Assembly (NCBI GenBank): GCA_039698055.1 | Contig: JBDKTL010000048.1 | Location: 47,188 to 111,187 of the forward strand | Direction: 5' to 3' | Length of the DNA: 64,000 bases | Source: Methanoregula sp. | Lineage (GTDB): Archaea; Halobacteriota; Methanomicrobia; Methanomicrobiales; Methanospirillaceae | Part shown: positions 40,876 through 51,727 of the stretch, one piece after another | Position numbering within the stretch: the first letter of the stretch is position 1 | Layout: each line of letters begins with the position of its first letter | The notes under the pieces: model-generated | Databases searched by the model: none | What the model saw: the letters and a program-made list of their open reading frames with translations, nothing else | Told to the model about the DNA's origin: nothing | Position numbers and translations under genes: made by a program

Positions 40876-41451
40876 TTATGGTTCTTTTCTGTTGAACAAC
40901 TTGCAGGTATTTACTTTGATGATCGGCAGTTCCGGGGCTTTTTGATCGGGGTCGCTGATTGACCAGCCCATCAGGATGGATAAAACACCAAAGACTAATG
41001 CAAAGATGCCGATGACCAGGAGAATCGGGTTGCCGGTCATTGCAGGCACGTACCGGAACATGAAAATCAGGAACAGGATACCGACAACAAACGTCCCGCC
41101 GATCAGGAAATATTTTGTTTTTGGCTTAGCAAGCGCAAGCGAGATCCCGGAATAACCGGAATAAAACGCAAGCGCCGCGACCGCCAGGAGAAAGAGAATC
41201 GCGACAACCCAGGTGAAGATAAATGACACCACGCCCATGACAAGAAATCCTGTGGCAAAAATAAACCAGAACAGTGACTCCTCCCCGGGCGATGTGATGG
41301 CAAGGAAAATACACACCAGAACTCCTGCCGCCACGAGCACCCAGAACACGGCAAGGAAGGTCGTGAGCGTGAGATCGGGAACCAGTATTGCCACGCTGCC
41401 AAAAACCACCCCGATTAACCCCTTGATGAGGCATGACAACTTCGCATCCAT
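40876..41451 (-). CDS. HdeD/DUF308-like membrane protein
   Basis: Six hydrophobic helices, KGLIGVVFGSVAILVP start. Confidence 0.7.
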   Translation of the reverse strand: MDAKLSCLIKGLIGVVFGSVAILVPDLTLTTFLAVFWVLVAAGVLVCIFLAITSPGEESLFWFIFATGFLVMGVVSFIFTWVVAILFLLAVAALAFYSGYSGISLALAKPKTKYFLIGGTFVVGILFLIFMFRYVPAMTGNPILLVIGIFALVFGVLSILMGWSISDPDQKAPELPIIKVNTCKLFNRKEP

Positions 41452-41723
41452 AAAAATACCTCTTTTGTCCTTCTGGATAATAGTTTCGTATGCTGTACTG
41501 ATGAGGTTTACGGGTGATGCCTGTCACCGGCACGGGACGATCTTTTTATCTTTCGGAAAAAAACCTCGTTTATCAATAAAAATGCACTTTTTAAAACCGG
41601 ATGCATGCATCGGGAACATTTTACCGGTTCTGCAAGTGAGTGCATGTGCCTTTGAGTCCGGGTTAAAAAAATTATAAAAAAAATAATCGGGGAGAAGAAA
41701 GGCACACCCCGGCTTGCAGGGTA

Positions 41724-41951
41724 TTACTCGTTACGCCCGAACCCGAAAAATTCGATCCCCAGCAATTTTTCTATCGCATAGAGCACGGCAAAGAAAATTG
41801 CCGCATACAGGATGAAATTTACGAGGAACCTTACCGTTCCGGTCATCCCCGCCATGCCGACAATCAGGTTTGCCAGTGCATCGGCAATGATGATTGCACA
41901 GAGAATGCCGGCAAAGAAGATCAGCCATTTCTTGACAACTGCAAAATCCAT
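41724..41951 (-). CDS. Small 2-TM hypothetical protein
   Basis: 75 aa, two hydrophobic helices. Confidence 0.65.
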   Translation of the reverse strand: MDFAVVKKWLIFFAGILCAIIIADALANLIVGMAGMTGTVRFLVNFILYAAIFFAVLYAIEKLLGIEFFGFGRNE

Positions 41952-42128
41952 ACTATCACTACGCTGCGTGACTATAAAAAATCATAAAATCACGGCATAA
42001 GAAACTGCATGTTTTACCCCATCGTTACCGGCATGTCATCGGGTCCTTGCATCAGAAAAAAATGATAACCCCATAATTTGTTCTTTTACTCACAAAAAAA
42101 CCGGATCGAAAAAAGGTGGCAAAAAAAA

Positions 42129-44192
42129 TTACAGCAGACCCGGTGCTTTTACCCGGAACTTCTGCCAGAGCACACGGCCCATCACACGGTAGGTGAAATC
42201 GAGCTCGTCGAAACTGGGGATGCTGTGCTCTTTTAACATCTCGCGGCCGACATTCATCGAGTCGCCGCCAAGGAGTGTCGCGATCAACCGGTTCTCTGTT
42301 CGCTCCGAGAAGTGGAGGATACGCTTTGCGAGCTGTTCTGAAGTGAGCACGAGGTTGGGGAAGCCGATAATAAACGCCATATCCCAGATATCCGGGTGTT
42401 TTGCGAGGACCTCAAAGGTCTTCTCAAACCGTTTCTCCGTTGCATCGCCAAGCAGATCAATCGGGTTGCCCTTGTTCCAGAACTCAGGGAGGAACTCATT
42501 AAGCTCGTCGACCACCTCTGCCGGTAAATCAACCAGCTCGATACCGTACCGCTCAGCGTAATCCGATGACAGCACGGCAAACCCGCCGGCGTTGGTGATA
42601 ACAACTGCCCGTTTCCCTCTCGGGTATCGTTTCGGGTGGGCAAGCATCTGCGCTGCAAGGAAAGCACCGGTAAGAGTGTGGACGGCGATGACCCCGGATT
42701 TGCGGAATGCTTCCATGTACACATCATACGAACCGGAGAGTGACCCCGTGTGCGAAGCGGATGCTGCCTGGCCCCGGCGGGATGACCCGGACTTAATCGC
42801 GATCACCGGTTTTGTCTTTGCCACGTCCGCGACGACTTCCATGAACGTTTTGCCATCGGTGATCTGCTCGATGTACATGATGATCGCTTTTGTCTTGGGA
42901 TCTTTTTCGACATAGCGGAGATAATCGAGGAAATCAAGATCCGACTGGTTACCGACCGAGATGACGTTGGAGAAACCAATGTTCTTTGCCAGGCTCCAGT
43001 CCACGACGGTGTTGATAATGGCCCCACTCTGGGAGATAAAAGCAATGTTGCCGGGTTTTGGCGACTGGTGAACATAGGTCGTATCGATCCCCCGCGGAGG
43101 AACGATGATCCCCAGGCAGTTTGGCCCGATAATCCGGGTGCCGTGGCCCTTTGCGATTGCAACGACCCGTTCTTCGAGCGCTTTTCCCTGTTCGCCCATC
43201 TCCTTGAACCCGGCCGTAATGATAATGACCATCGGGACACCCTTGGCACCGCACTCTTCAACCACGGACGGGACCTGGATCGCGGGCACGGTAATTACCG
43301 CAAGATCGACCGGGGCCTGGATCTCGGTAATCGTGTGGTATGCCTTGAGCCCCTGGATTTCCGAGCGCTTGTTGTTGACCGGGTAGAGCTGGCCGGGGAA
43401 ATGCAGGAGGTTGTGCATGACCGCATACCCCATCTTCGTGGAGTCCTGCGATGCTCCGATGACGGCGATCGAACGGGGGGTGAAATATTCCATCGGTACC
43501 GGGATGCGCACTTTCTTTTCAACGTTTACCACTGAATCTGAAACAATAACACGGGCATCTACAGCGCATGCACCTGATTCATACAGCCTGAGGGGATTGA
43601 TATCGAACTCCACGATCTGGTCATTCTCTTCAAAGAACCGGCAGACATTTTTGATAATCTGGACAAGGGTCTCCTCATCCCGGGGCTTGGAACCGCGGTA
43701 ACCGGCTATAAGGGGATACGCGTTGATCTCGTGGATCATCTGGCGGATCTCCTCGTCAGTCACCGGCAGGATGCGCAGCGTCACATCTTTCATGAGCTCG
43801 ACCATCGTGCCGCCCATACCAAAGGTGATGACCTTGCCAAACGCCGGATCGGTCCTGCCCCCGATAATGAGTTCGAGGCCCGGCTCTGCCTGCTGCTCGA
43901 CGATCACACCGTCAATATCGGCCTCGGGGTTGTACGCTTTTGCGCTGTCGATAATTTTTGTAAATGCGCCAAGTGCGGCTTTCCTGCTGCCGATACCAAC
44001 AATCACACCGCCCGCGTCGCTCTTGTGGACAATCTGCGGCGACATGATCTTCATCACCACGGGGCAGCCCATTTTCTCCGCTGCAAGTGCCGCATCCTCG
44101 CCGTTCTTCACGATACGGTATTCCGGGACAGGGATGTCGTACTTCCGTAAAATGTCATATCCTTCCGCTTCAGAGAGCATATTCTGGGTCAT
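42129..44192 (-). CDS. Acetate--CoA ligase (ADP-forming), fused beta-alpha order
   Basis: N-terminal ATP-grasp (IVHKSDAGGV, DINP), CoA-binding (IAVIGAS, IGPNCLG), phospho-His ASHTGSL. Confidence 0.92.
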   Translation of the reverse strand: MTQNMLSEAEGYDILRKYDIPVPEYRIVKNGEDAALAAEKMGCPVVMKIMSPQIVHKSDAGGVIVGIGSRKAALGAFTKIIDSAKAYNPEADIDGVIVEQQAEPGLELIIGGRTDPAFGKVITFGMGGTMVELMKDVTLRILPVTDEEIRQMIHEINAYPLIAGYRGSKPRDEETLVQIIKNVCRFFEENDQIVEFDINPLRLYESGACAVDARVIVSDSVVNVEKKVRIPVPMEYFTPRSIAVIGASQDSTKMGYAVMHNLLHFPGQLYPVNNKRSEIQGLKAYHTITEIQAPVDLAVITVPAIQVPSVVEECGAKGVPMVIIITAGFKEMGEQGKALEERVVAIAKGHGTRIIGPNCLGIIVPPRGIDTTYVHQSPKPGNIAFISQSGAIINTVVDWSLAKNIGFSNVISVGNQSDLDFLDYLRYVEKDPKTKAIIMYIEQITDGKTFMEVVADVAKTKPVIAIKSGSSRRGQAASASHTGSLSGSYDVYMEAFRKSGVIAVHTLTGAFLAAQMLAHPKRYPRGKRAVVITNAGGFAVLSSDYAERYGIELVDLPAEVVDELNEFLPEFWNKGNPIDLLGDATEKRFEKTFEVLAKHPDIWDMAFIIGFPNLVLTSEQLAKRILHFSERTENRLIATLLGGDSMNVGREMLKEHSIPSFDELDFTYRVMGRVLWQKFRVKAPGLL

Positions 44193-44537
44193 GAATTCAC
44201 CTCGGTTTCGTATCAGGCAATTCCCTGATTCATTTTTTTGTTAAGAGAAAATGCACACCGGCATTTTTTTTTTTTGAAAAAAAACATGGCCGGGTATCAT
44301 GCTGAATACAGGTCCACGTTTTTTTGTCTGCAGAAAAAACTGGCCGCAAAAATGCGGAACCATTCTGCCCGTTCACAGATTTGATCAGAGTTTGGCGAGA
44401 CACAATTTAAATTTGCTGAATTGTATGCATTGCCCGCCGTAAGTGAAAATAACGCGAAAACGACCGATTTTATGCAATCCAACCACAAGAATTAATTAGA
44501 ATTCATCATTATTGATAATGTAGAATTGAGGTACTTT

Positions 44538-46433
44538 ATGGAAGAGAGCGCACAATCCCAACCGGAGCCAAAGTACTATACCCCCAACCCGTCCTACCGG
44601 GAGAAAAGCTGGATGGGGGATTACAGCTGGACGTATAATGAATTTTTAAAAGATCCTGAACAGTTCTGGGACCGGATCGCAAAAAAACTCCACTGGTTTT
44701 CCGAGTGGGACAAGGTAAAGGAATGGAATTATCCGCACGCAAAATGGTTTCTCAACGGCAAGACCAACATCACCTACAACTGCCTTGACCGGCACGTGCT
44801 CGGGGAGCGCCGCAACAAGGTTGCCCTGATATGGAAAGGCGAGAGCGCCGATGAAGAGCGTGTCTTCACCTACCGGCAGTTATACCGGGAAGTCATGCGG
44901 TTTGCAAACGGTTTAAAAAAACTCGGCGTCGTCAAAGGCGACCGGGTCTGTATCTATATGCCGGTCATTCCCGAACAGGTTATCGCGATGCTCGCGTGCG
45001 CACGCATCGGAGCGGTACACAGTGTTGTGTTCGGGGGATACGGTGCCGCAGCACTCAACCAGCGGATTGTCGGCGCCGGGGCAAAAATTGTCATCACTGC
45101 CGATATGGCAATCCGCCGGGGCAAATCAATTCCGCTCAAGCACGTAATCGAGGAAGCGATCATCGGTGCACCCACCGTTGAACACCTTATCATCCTGCGA
45201 AGGGAGCTCCGGACACCGGTCGAGATCCACAGCGAGATGGAGATTGACTTTTATGAGGTCATGACCGATGTGGAACCGGACTGCCCGGCTGAAGTAATGG
45301 ATTCAGAAGACCCGATGTTCATACTCTATACGAGCGGCACTACGGGAGCGCCAAAAGGAATTGTCCATACCTGCGGCGGTTACATGGTGGGGGCGTATTA
45401 CACAACCCGGTATATCTTTGACGTCAAGGAAAGCGACGTGTACTGGTGTACCGCTGACCCGGGCTGGATCACCGGGCATTCTTACGTGGTCTACGGGCCG
45501 CTGTCGGTAGGCGCGACGATCCTGATCGCTGAAGGTACGCCGGATTACCCGGACGCCGGCATCTGGTGGAAGATGGTCGAAGAGTACGGGGTCAGCATCC
45601 TGTACACTGCGCCGACCGCAATAAGGATGTTTATGAAGATGGGCCGGGAATGGCCGGACAAATACAACCTCTCATCGCTGCGCATCCTTGGATCGGTCGG
45701 GGAACCGCTCAACCCGGAGGCGTTTGAATGGTTCTACCATGTGATTGGCAGGGCAAAGTGCCCCATTGTGGATACATGGTGGCAGACCGAGACCGGCATG
45801 CACATGATCACCACCGTTCTTGGCGAACCGATGCGCCCGGGTTTTGCCGGGAAATCCATCCCCGGCGTGGTTGCTGACGTTGTCGATAAAGAGGGTAAGA
45901 GCGTCCCCCCCGGCACGAGCGGTTTTCTGGTCATTAAGGAACCCTGGCCTGCGATGATGCGGACGGTCTATAACAACGAGGAGCGGTACCTCAAGTACTG
46001 GGAGACGATTCCCGGGTGTTACACGGTAGGCGACCTTGCCATAAAAGGTGAGGACGGTTATATTATGGTCATCGGCAGGTCAGACGACCTGATCATCGTC
46101 TCCGGGCATAACATCGGGACTGCGGAAGTGGAAAGCGCCCTTGTATCCCACAAGGCAGTGGCGGAAGCCGCAGTCATCGGCAAGCCCGATCCCCTTAAGG
46201 GAAATACCATCAAGGCATTTGTGACACTCAGGAACACGCATACCCCCAGCGACCGGCTCAAGAATGAACTCTTCTATCACGTGAGGATCACGCTTGGGCC
46301 CATTGCGATGCCGTCCGAGATCGAGTTTGTCGATTCGCTGCCAAAAACCCGGAGCGGCAAAATCGTCCGGCGTGTTCTGAAAGCAAAAGAGATGGGCCTT
46401 GACCCGGGCGATATCTCCACACTGGATGAGTGA
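44538..46433 (+). CDS. acs: Acetyl-CoA synthetase (AMP-forming)
   Basis: [32 protein letters not shown]. Confidence 0.97.
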   Translation: MEESAQSQPEPKYYTPNPSYREKSWMGDYSWTYNEFLKDPEQFWDRIAKKLHWFSEWDKVKEWNYPHAKWFLNGKTNITYNCLDRHVLGERRNKVALIWKGESADEERVFTYRQLYREVMRFANGLKKLGVVKGDRVCIYMPVIPEQVIAMLACARIGAVHSVVFGGYGAAALNQRIVGAGAKIVITADMAIRRGKSIPLKHVIEEAIIGAPTVEHLIILRRELRTPVEIHSEMEIDFYEVMTDVEPDCPAEVMDSEDPMFILYTSGTTGAPKGIVHTCGGYMVGAYYTTRYIFDVKESDVYWCTADPGWITGHSYVVYGPLSVGATILIAEGTPDYPDAGIWWKMVEEYGVSILYTAPTAIRMFMKMGREWPDKYNLSSLRILGSVGEPLNPEAFEWFYHVIGRAKCPIVDTWWQTETGMHMITTVLGEPMRPGFAGKSIPGVVADVVDKEGKSVPPGTSGFLVIKEPWPAMMRTVYNNEERYLKYWETIPGCYTVGDLAIKGEDGYIMVIGRSDDLIIVSGHNIGTAEVESALVSHKAVAEAAVIGKPDPLKGNTIKAFVTLRNTHTPSDRLKNELFYHVRITLGPIAMPSEIEFVDSLPKTRSGKIVRRVLKAKEMGLDPGDISTLDE

Positions 46434-46487
46434 TACCCCCGGTCACCCACCCAACTATTTAAATACTGTTTTGTGGCATTTATAAAT

Positions 46488-47051
46488 ATGAAGGTCAGAC
46501 CAGAGGACTCTTTAAAGATTGAAAATATTGTCGCTTCTGCCAAGGTGACCGATTATCTGGATCTACCTGCAATTGCAGAAAAAATCCCCGGTGCAGAATA
46601 CAACAAAAAGCGGTTCCCCGGCGTTGTACTCCGCATGCAGGACCCAAAAATCGCCGCACTGGTATTTGGTTCCGGCAAGGTCGTATTGACCGGTGCAAAG
46701 AGCATCGACAGCCTGTCCAAGGGACTCAATATCCTCGGGAACAAACTGCGGGCGCTCGATATCGCTATCCCGAAAAAATTAACCTACAAGATCCAGAACA
46801 TTGTCACGTCCGCGGACCTGGCGACGCCGATCAACCTGAATAAAATTGCTGTCGGTTTCAACCTTGACCGGATTGAATACGAACCGGAACAATTCCCGGG
46901 CCTCGTCTACCGGCTCGAAACCCCAAAAGTGGTCGTGCTCCTCTTTGGTTCCGGCAAGCTGATCATTACCGGTGGAAAAGAACCCGAAGATGCAAAAAAG
47001 GCGGTCATCAAGATCCTATCCGATCTCCGTGGTCTCGGACTGATGACGTAA
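46488..47051 (+). CDS. tbp: TATA-box-binding protein
   Basis: Two repeats ENIVAS...FGSGKVVLTG and QNIVTS...YEPEQFPGL...FGSGKLIITG. Confidence 0.98.
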   Translation: MKVRPEDSLKIENIVASAKVTDYLDLPAIAEKIPGAEYNKKRFPGVVLRMQDPKIAALVFGSGKVVLTGAKSIDSLSKGLNILGNKLRALDIAIPKKLTYKIQNIVTSADLATPINLNKIAVGFNLDRIEYEPEQFPGLVYRLETPKVVVLLFGSGKLIITGGKEPEDAKKAVIKILSDLRGLGLMT

Positions 47052-47245
47052 ATTTTCTGCCGGGTCCCATGATACCTGTAACCATACATCGCTTTTTTAT
47101 GATGGCCGTACACGTGGATAGACGGAAAAATCCATTATAATATATAATTTGTTGTCCTATTGCCGACCAATACCATTGCATATATATCAATGATTAGATA
47201 TTAGCTACCATAAACAGAAATCAGGAATATTTTGGATGTGATAGT

Positions 47246-47620
47246 ATGAGAACTGAAAATGTAATGTATTTCACCGATAAGGAGGAAGAGTTTGCAAATC
47301 TTCTTATCGAGATCGGAACCAAGCGCAATGTGGCTAAAGTCCTTGTATTTCTCGCAAACACTCCTGAGGCAACGTCACGGGCAATCGAGCGGGGCACGGA
47401 TCTCCGCCAGCCTGAGGTCAGCATAGCGATGCGCTACTTAATGGAGCAGGGCTGGATCTCGAGCCGCGAGAGCAAGGCCGAGAGCAAAGGCCGCCCGGTC
47501 AAGATCTATGAACTTTCAAAGCCCATCACGGAAATAATGGACAGCATTGAAAAAGAGAAGAAGAACGAGGCGAACAACCAGCTCGCCATGATACAGAAAT
47601 TACGGGATTACATCCGGTGA
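47246..47620 (+). CDS. Winged-helix transcriptional regulator
   Basis: TSRAIERGTDLRQPEVSIAM, KGRPVKIYEL. Confidence 0.85.
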   Translation: MRTENVMYFTDKEEEFANLLIEIGTKRNVAKVLVFLANTPEATSRAIERGTDLRQPEVSIAMRYLMEQGWISSRESKAESKGRPVKIYELSKPITEIMDSIEKEKKNEANNQLAMIQKLRDYIR

Positions 47621-48313
47621 TGTAATCACCCGGCACTTTTTTTCATCCCCGACAATGACCATGGTTTTGTCGGTAAAACCGGTAAACAGCCCGCTTTCCA
47701 CAATTCCCGGGATCATCGCGATCGACGCTTCAAGAGCACGGGGATCGGCGATCCGGTCAAACCGGCAGTCAACGATGATATTTCCATTGTCCGAGATTAC
47801 CGGCCCGTCTTTTTTTACGGCTTCCCTTACCAAAGGAACGCCGCCCAGTCCCCGCAGCTGCGCCATCACGGGCCTTAAGGAGAACGGGAGAACCTCGAGG
47901 GGCACCGGCCCGCTCAGCTGCGGGACCTTCTTTGCCTTATCCACGACCACGATAAACCGGAAGGCAGCAGCCGCAACGCATTTTTCCCGGGTATGGGCGG
48001 CACCGCGTCCTTTGATCAGGAACAAATTCAAATCAACCTGATCCGCACCATCGATTGCCAGATCGAGCACGGGATTGTCGTCAAGTGTCGTTAAGGGAAT
48101 GCCATATTCCCGCGCACGCATTGCGGTCTGGTAAGATGTTGGGACGCCGGCGATTTTCATGCCGTCCCGGACTTTTTTTGAGAGCCGGTCGATCATATAA
48201 AAGACCGTAGAGCCCGTGCCAAGGCCAATGACCATCCCATCCTCAACCAGTTCCGCGGCATAATGGCCTGCCGCCTGCTTTTCTGCGACGATTGCCTGTG
48301 AATTGTCAACCAT
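47600..48313 (-). CDS. rpiA: Ribose-5-phosphate isomerase A
   Basis: GLGTGST, AIDGADQV, KGRGAAHTREK, ISDNGN. Confidence 0.96.
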   Translation of the reverse strand: MVDNSQAIVAEKQAAGHYAAELVEDGMVIGLGTGSTVFYMIDRLSKKVRDGMKIAGVPTSYQTAMRAREYGIPLTTLDDNPVLDLAIDGADQVDLNLFLIKGRGAAHTREKCVAAAAFRFIVVVDKAKKVPQLSGPVPLEVLPFSLRPVMAQLRGLGGVPLVREAVKKDGPVISDNGNIIVDCRFDRIADPRALEASIAMIPGIVESGLFTGFTDKTMVIVGDEKKCRVITSPDVIP

Positions 48314-48378
48314 TAAAGTGTACGATATCAATGCTGGAATAATTAAAACTGGTGACGGGATTTGATTGAAAAAGAAAC

Positions 48379-48595
48379 ATGGGGCATCAGATTGATGGGG
48401 GCTGATGCCCCCATACCCCCAATTGCGATAAGCCCCGCCGCCCCTGAAGGGGCGCCCCCGCGGCAGTTTTAAATCGGTGTATGGTATATCCGATCAAAAA
48501 CATCCATTTTTGTAAAAATGAAAAAAAAAACGTTTTGCCCAGCGAGGGGTCGACGAGACCCCTCAAGCGACCCCGAAGGGGTGGGAAGAATCGCA
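48379..48595. repeat. GC-rich multi-hairpin intergenic element (MITE/REP-like or ncRNA)
   Basis: GGGGCATCAG/CTGATGCCCC, GCCCCT-GA-AGGGGC, GAGGGGTC-GACGA-GACCCCTC, ACCCC-GAA-GGGGT; shares a core with 55975-56135. Confidence 0.55.
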
Positions 48596-48741
48596 AAATA
48601 AATTAATAGTCAACTTCTGACGTCATTTGATGAAGAAATACTCATATCATTATTTCTTCACTAAAATTTACGAGTGCCGCACGTTTTTGTAACTGTTTAT
48701 CGGTTACATATGCGCTGCAACAAAACTCCACAAAAAAAATT

Positions 48742-49524
48742 TCACCGGCAGAATATCTGTTTTGCTTCTTCTTCTGCTGCATGAGCGGTGCAATCCAGCG
48801 TAATCGGGGTGATCGATACGTTTCCTTTCCGGATCGCGTGCACGTCGGTTCCTTCTTCCGCATCCTCAATGAGCGGGCCGTTGATCCAGAAATAGGGCCG
48901 GCCACGGGGATCGAGCCGTTTTTCCACACCGGTGTGGAACAGCTTCCTTGCCAGCCGGGTTACTTCATACCCGCCTTTTACCACCGACGGAATATTTACG
49001 TTGATCACGTCGGCATGCGGGCATACGCCATGTTCAAGCACCCGTTCCACCACGTCCCGCACGATTTTTTTTGCGGCATCGAAATTCTGGAGCGGGCTGC
49101 TTGGGTCATCGAATTTTTCGCCCTGGTCTTCCACCTGGAGCGAGAACGCTACTCCTTTTGTGCCCTGGTTTGATGCTTCGAGCGCGGCACCCATCGTGCC
49201 CGACGTCATGATCGATTCATAGGAAAGATTTTCCCCGATATTGATCCCACTCACCACAAGCGTGGGTGCAAGTTTGAGCGCGTACAGCCCGATAATCACG
49301 GCGTCGGTGGGTTTGCCGGCAACAGACCAGACCCGGGTGCCGTTTAATGTGATCTGGTTTGCCCGTATCGGCTCAAAGATTGAAATCGACCTGCCAACCG
49401 CACTCTGCTGGGTTGCAGGAGCCACAATGGTCACATCGGCAACAGGTGCAAGTGCTTCGTAAGCGGCCCATATCCCCCCAGAGGTTACGCCGTCGTCATT
49501 GGTGAGCAGGATGGTGGGTTTCAT
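48742..49524 (-). CDS. surE: 5'/3'-nucleotidase SurE
   Basis: ILLTNDDG, VVSGINIGEN, SGTMGAALE, DPRGRPYFW. Confidence 0.96.
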   Translation of the reverse strand: MKPTILLTNDDGVTSGGIWAAYEALAPVADVTIVAPATQQSAVGRSISIFEPIRANQITLNGTRVWSVAGKPTDAVIIGLYALKLAPTLVVSGINIGENLSYESIMTSGTMGAALEASNQGTKGVAFSLQVEDQGEKFDDPSSPLQNFDAAKKIVRDVVERVLEHGVCPHADVINVNIPSVVKGGYEVTRLARKLFHTGVEKRLDPRGRPYFWINGPLIEDAEEGTDVHAIRKGNVSITPITLDCTAHAAEEEAKQIFCR

Positions 49525-49606
49525 GTCAATATACCCTTGCGCGTCACCAATCAAATAATGCACTGATCGGATAGGGTAATTTTACTTGACGGCGCATATA
49601 TCCGGG

Positions 49607-50494
49607 ATGAAAGTCCTGCTCGCCGAATATACCGCTGCCCGTGATCCTGCGCTTGCTCCCGAAGGGGCGGCGATGCTTGATGTCCTCAAAAAGAGTTTTG
49701 CCCGGTGCGGCGACGAGGTTGTCCTGCCCGGCGCGGGGGATTTTGGCGATGAGATCCGCCGTCTTGCCCCGGACTGCGACATGGGGCTGGTGATCGCGCC
49801 GGATCAGCTTATGTCAAAATACACCGCGATCCTCGAACAGTACACCCATAATCTCGGCTGCGGCAGTATGAACGCTGCCGTCTGCGCAAACAAGGTCCGG
49901 TCGGCAAAGATCTTACAGGCCCACGGGATCGCGGTACCCGGTGAGGCGCCTGCCGGGCGGCACGTGGTCAAACCTATCTCCGGCTGCGGGGCACAGGGGG
50001 TCCGGCTGACCAGTGCAGCACCGGGCAACGGGGAGTTTGCGCAGGAATACCTTGAAGGCGAGAATTATTCCGTCAGTCTTATCGCGACCCGTGTGGTCGG
50101 CGAAGCCTGCCTGTATTATACCGGTGACCCGGCGCTTGTGCTCGCGGTGAATCGCCAGTTCATTGAAATTGACAATGACGGTGCATTCCAGTACTGCGGC
50201 GGCGAAACACCGGTCCACCCGGCCCGCGAACAGGAGATGATCGATGGTGCCGTCAAAGCGGCGACCGTTCTTGGCTGCCAGGGTTACTGCGGTGTGGATA
50301 TCGTCGCTGCCGATAAAATGTATGTCGTGGACGTGAACCCCCGCATCACGACAAGCCTTGCCGGAATTGCGGCATGCATGAAAGAAGAGATTGCGAGCCT
50401 CATCGTACAGGCATCCAAAGGGACGGTCCCGGAAGAGATCCATCTCACCGGGTCAGTCCGTTTTGACACGCACGGAAAGGTTATGCCGCAATGA
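49607..50494 (+). CDS. ATP-grasp protein, MfnD-like (tyramine--glutamate ligase, methanofuran synthesis)
   Basis: EGAAML, LVIAPD, VVKPISGCG, GVDIV, VDVNPRITTS; paired with the MfnF-like gene. Confidence 0.8.
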   Translation: MKVLLAEYTAARDPALAPEGAAMLDVLKKSFARCGDEVVLPGAGDFGDEIRRLAPDCDMGLVIAPDQLMSKYTAILEQYTHNLGCGSMNAAVCANKVRSAKILQAHGIAVPGEAPAGRHVVKPISGCGAQGVRLTSAAPGNGEFAQEYLEGENYSVSLIATRVVGEACLYYTGDPALVLAVNRQFIEIDNDGAFQYCGGETPVHPAREQEMIDGAVKAATVLGCQGYCGVDIVAADKMYVVDVNPRITTSLAGIAACMKEEIASLIVQASKGTVPEEIHLTGSVRFDTHGKVMPQ

Positions 50495-51426
50495 TCGGGA
50501 TCGATGTGGGAGGAGCCAACGTAAAACTTGTGGACGATGACGGCGTCCACCTGCACTACTGCCCGCTCTGGGAAGGCGCCCCGCTCGCCGAATTATTGCG
50601 CACGCATAAAAAACCGGGACATGACCGGGCAACGGTCGTGATGAGCGGGGAACTTGCGGATTGTTTTTCCGGGAAGGCAGAGGGGATCCGGTTCATCGTC
50701 AACGCGGTTAAATCCGTGTTCCCGGATGCATGGTTCTACGGCATGGACGGCCAGTTTCACCGGGATGCGGTGCCGGAACTTGCCGCGGCAAACTGGCTTG
50801 CATCGGCAGATTTTCTGCGGGAGCGTTACCCGTCATCGGTCCTGCTCGATATCGGGAGCACGACCGCAGATATTATTCCGCTTGCCGGTTTTCACCGTCT
50901 CCTTGGCCTGACGGATCTCAAACGCCTCCAGAAAGGATATCTGGTGTATACGGGCATGCTGCGGACACCGGTCGCCACGCTCATTTCATCGGTCAGCCTT
51001 GACGGGACCCGGACTCCGGTCAGTACGGAATACTTCGCATCGACAGCTGATGTGCATCTTGTCCTCAACCATATCACACCAACAGATTACGTGTGCGATA
51101 CCGCTGATAAAAAAGAAAAAACACGAGTCAGCTCCCTGCGAAGGCTCGCCCGTGTCGTCTGCGCAGATCTCGAAGAGATTGGCGAGCAGGGAGCAGTGCA
51201 GATCGCAGAACAGTGCTGGGAGCGCCAGAGGGCACTCATCTGCGACCAGGTGCAGCAGGTGGCCACAGGCTCCGGGGCGGCGGACGTAATTGTTGCCGGC
51301 ATCGGCGCCCCGCTCTTTGCCCGGGCCTGCAGGGGCAGGGACCTCACGCAGGAACTTGGAGCGGCTGCCGATGCACTTCCCGCGTACGCGGTGCGGGAAA
51401 TTTTCAAAAGAGCCGGGCGCTCATAA
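50491..51426 (+). CDS. Hydantoinase/oxoprolinase family, MfnF-like
   Basis: GIDVGGANVK, VMSGELADCF, AAANW, DIGSTTADIIP, YTGMLRT. Confidence 0.85.
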   Translation: MIGIDVGGANVKLVDDDGVHLHYCPLWEGAPLAELLRTHKKPGHDRATVVMSGELADCFSGKAEGIRFIVNAVKSVFPDAWFYGMDGQFHRDAVPELAAANWLASADFLRERYPSSVLLDIGSTTADIIPLAGFHRLLGLTDLKRLQKGYLVYTGMLRTPVATLISSVSLDGTRTPVSTEYFASTADVHLVLNHITPTDYVCDTADKKEKTRVSSLRRLARVVCADLEEIGEQGAVQIAEQCWERQRALICDQVQQVATGSGAADVIVAGIGAPLFARACRGRDLTQELGAAADALPAYAVREIFKRAGRS

Positions 51427-51448
51427 AAAAAATCACCCGTGGTGAAGA

Positions 51449-51727
51449 ATGATGGAATCACACAGGCTTGGAATTGTCCTCTTTGCCGGGTCGGTCATTG
51501 TCACCGGCATCATGTGGCTTATCCACGTGCCGTTTTTCTTTGTATTCCTGTTCATCCCCCTCATCCCCTTTTTTGGTTCCCGCAGGCAGGTGAAGCGGTG
51601 CCCGGTATGCGGATGGGAAACCACAGGCAGCGAGAATTTCTGCCCCCATGATGCTGCTCCCCTCACCCGCAGTGGTGGCAAGGGTAGAGAGGGTGAACAC
51701 GGAAACAGGGATCCGGATACCAAATAA
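51449..51727 (+). CDS. Small membrane-anchored Zn-ribbon protein
   Basis: GGTGA RBS; two TM segments then RCPVCGW...NFCPHD. Confidence 0.65.
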   Translation: MMESHRLGIVLFAGSVIVTGIMWLIHVPFFFVFLFIPLIPFFGSRRQVKRCPVCGWETTGSENFCPHDAAPLTRSGGKGREGEHGNRDPDTK

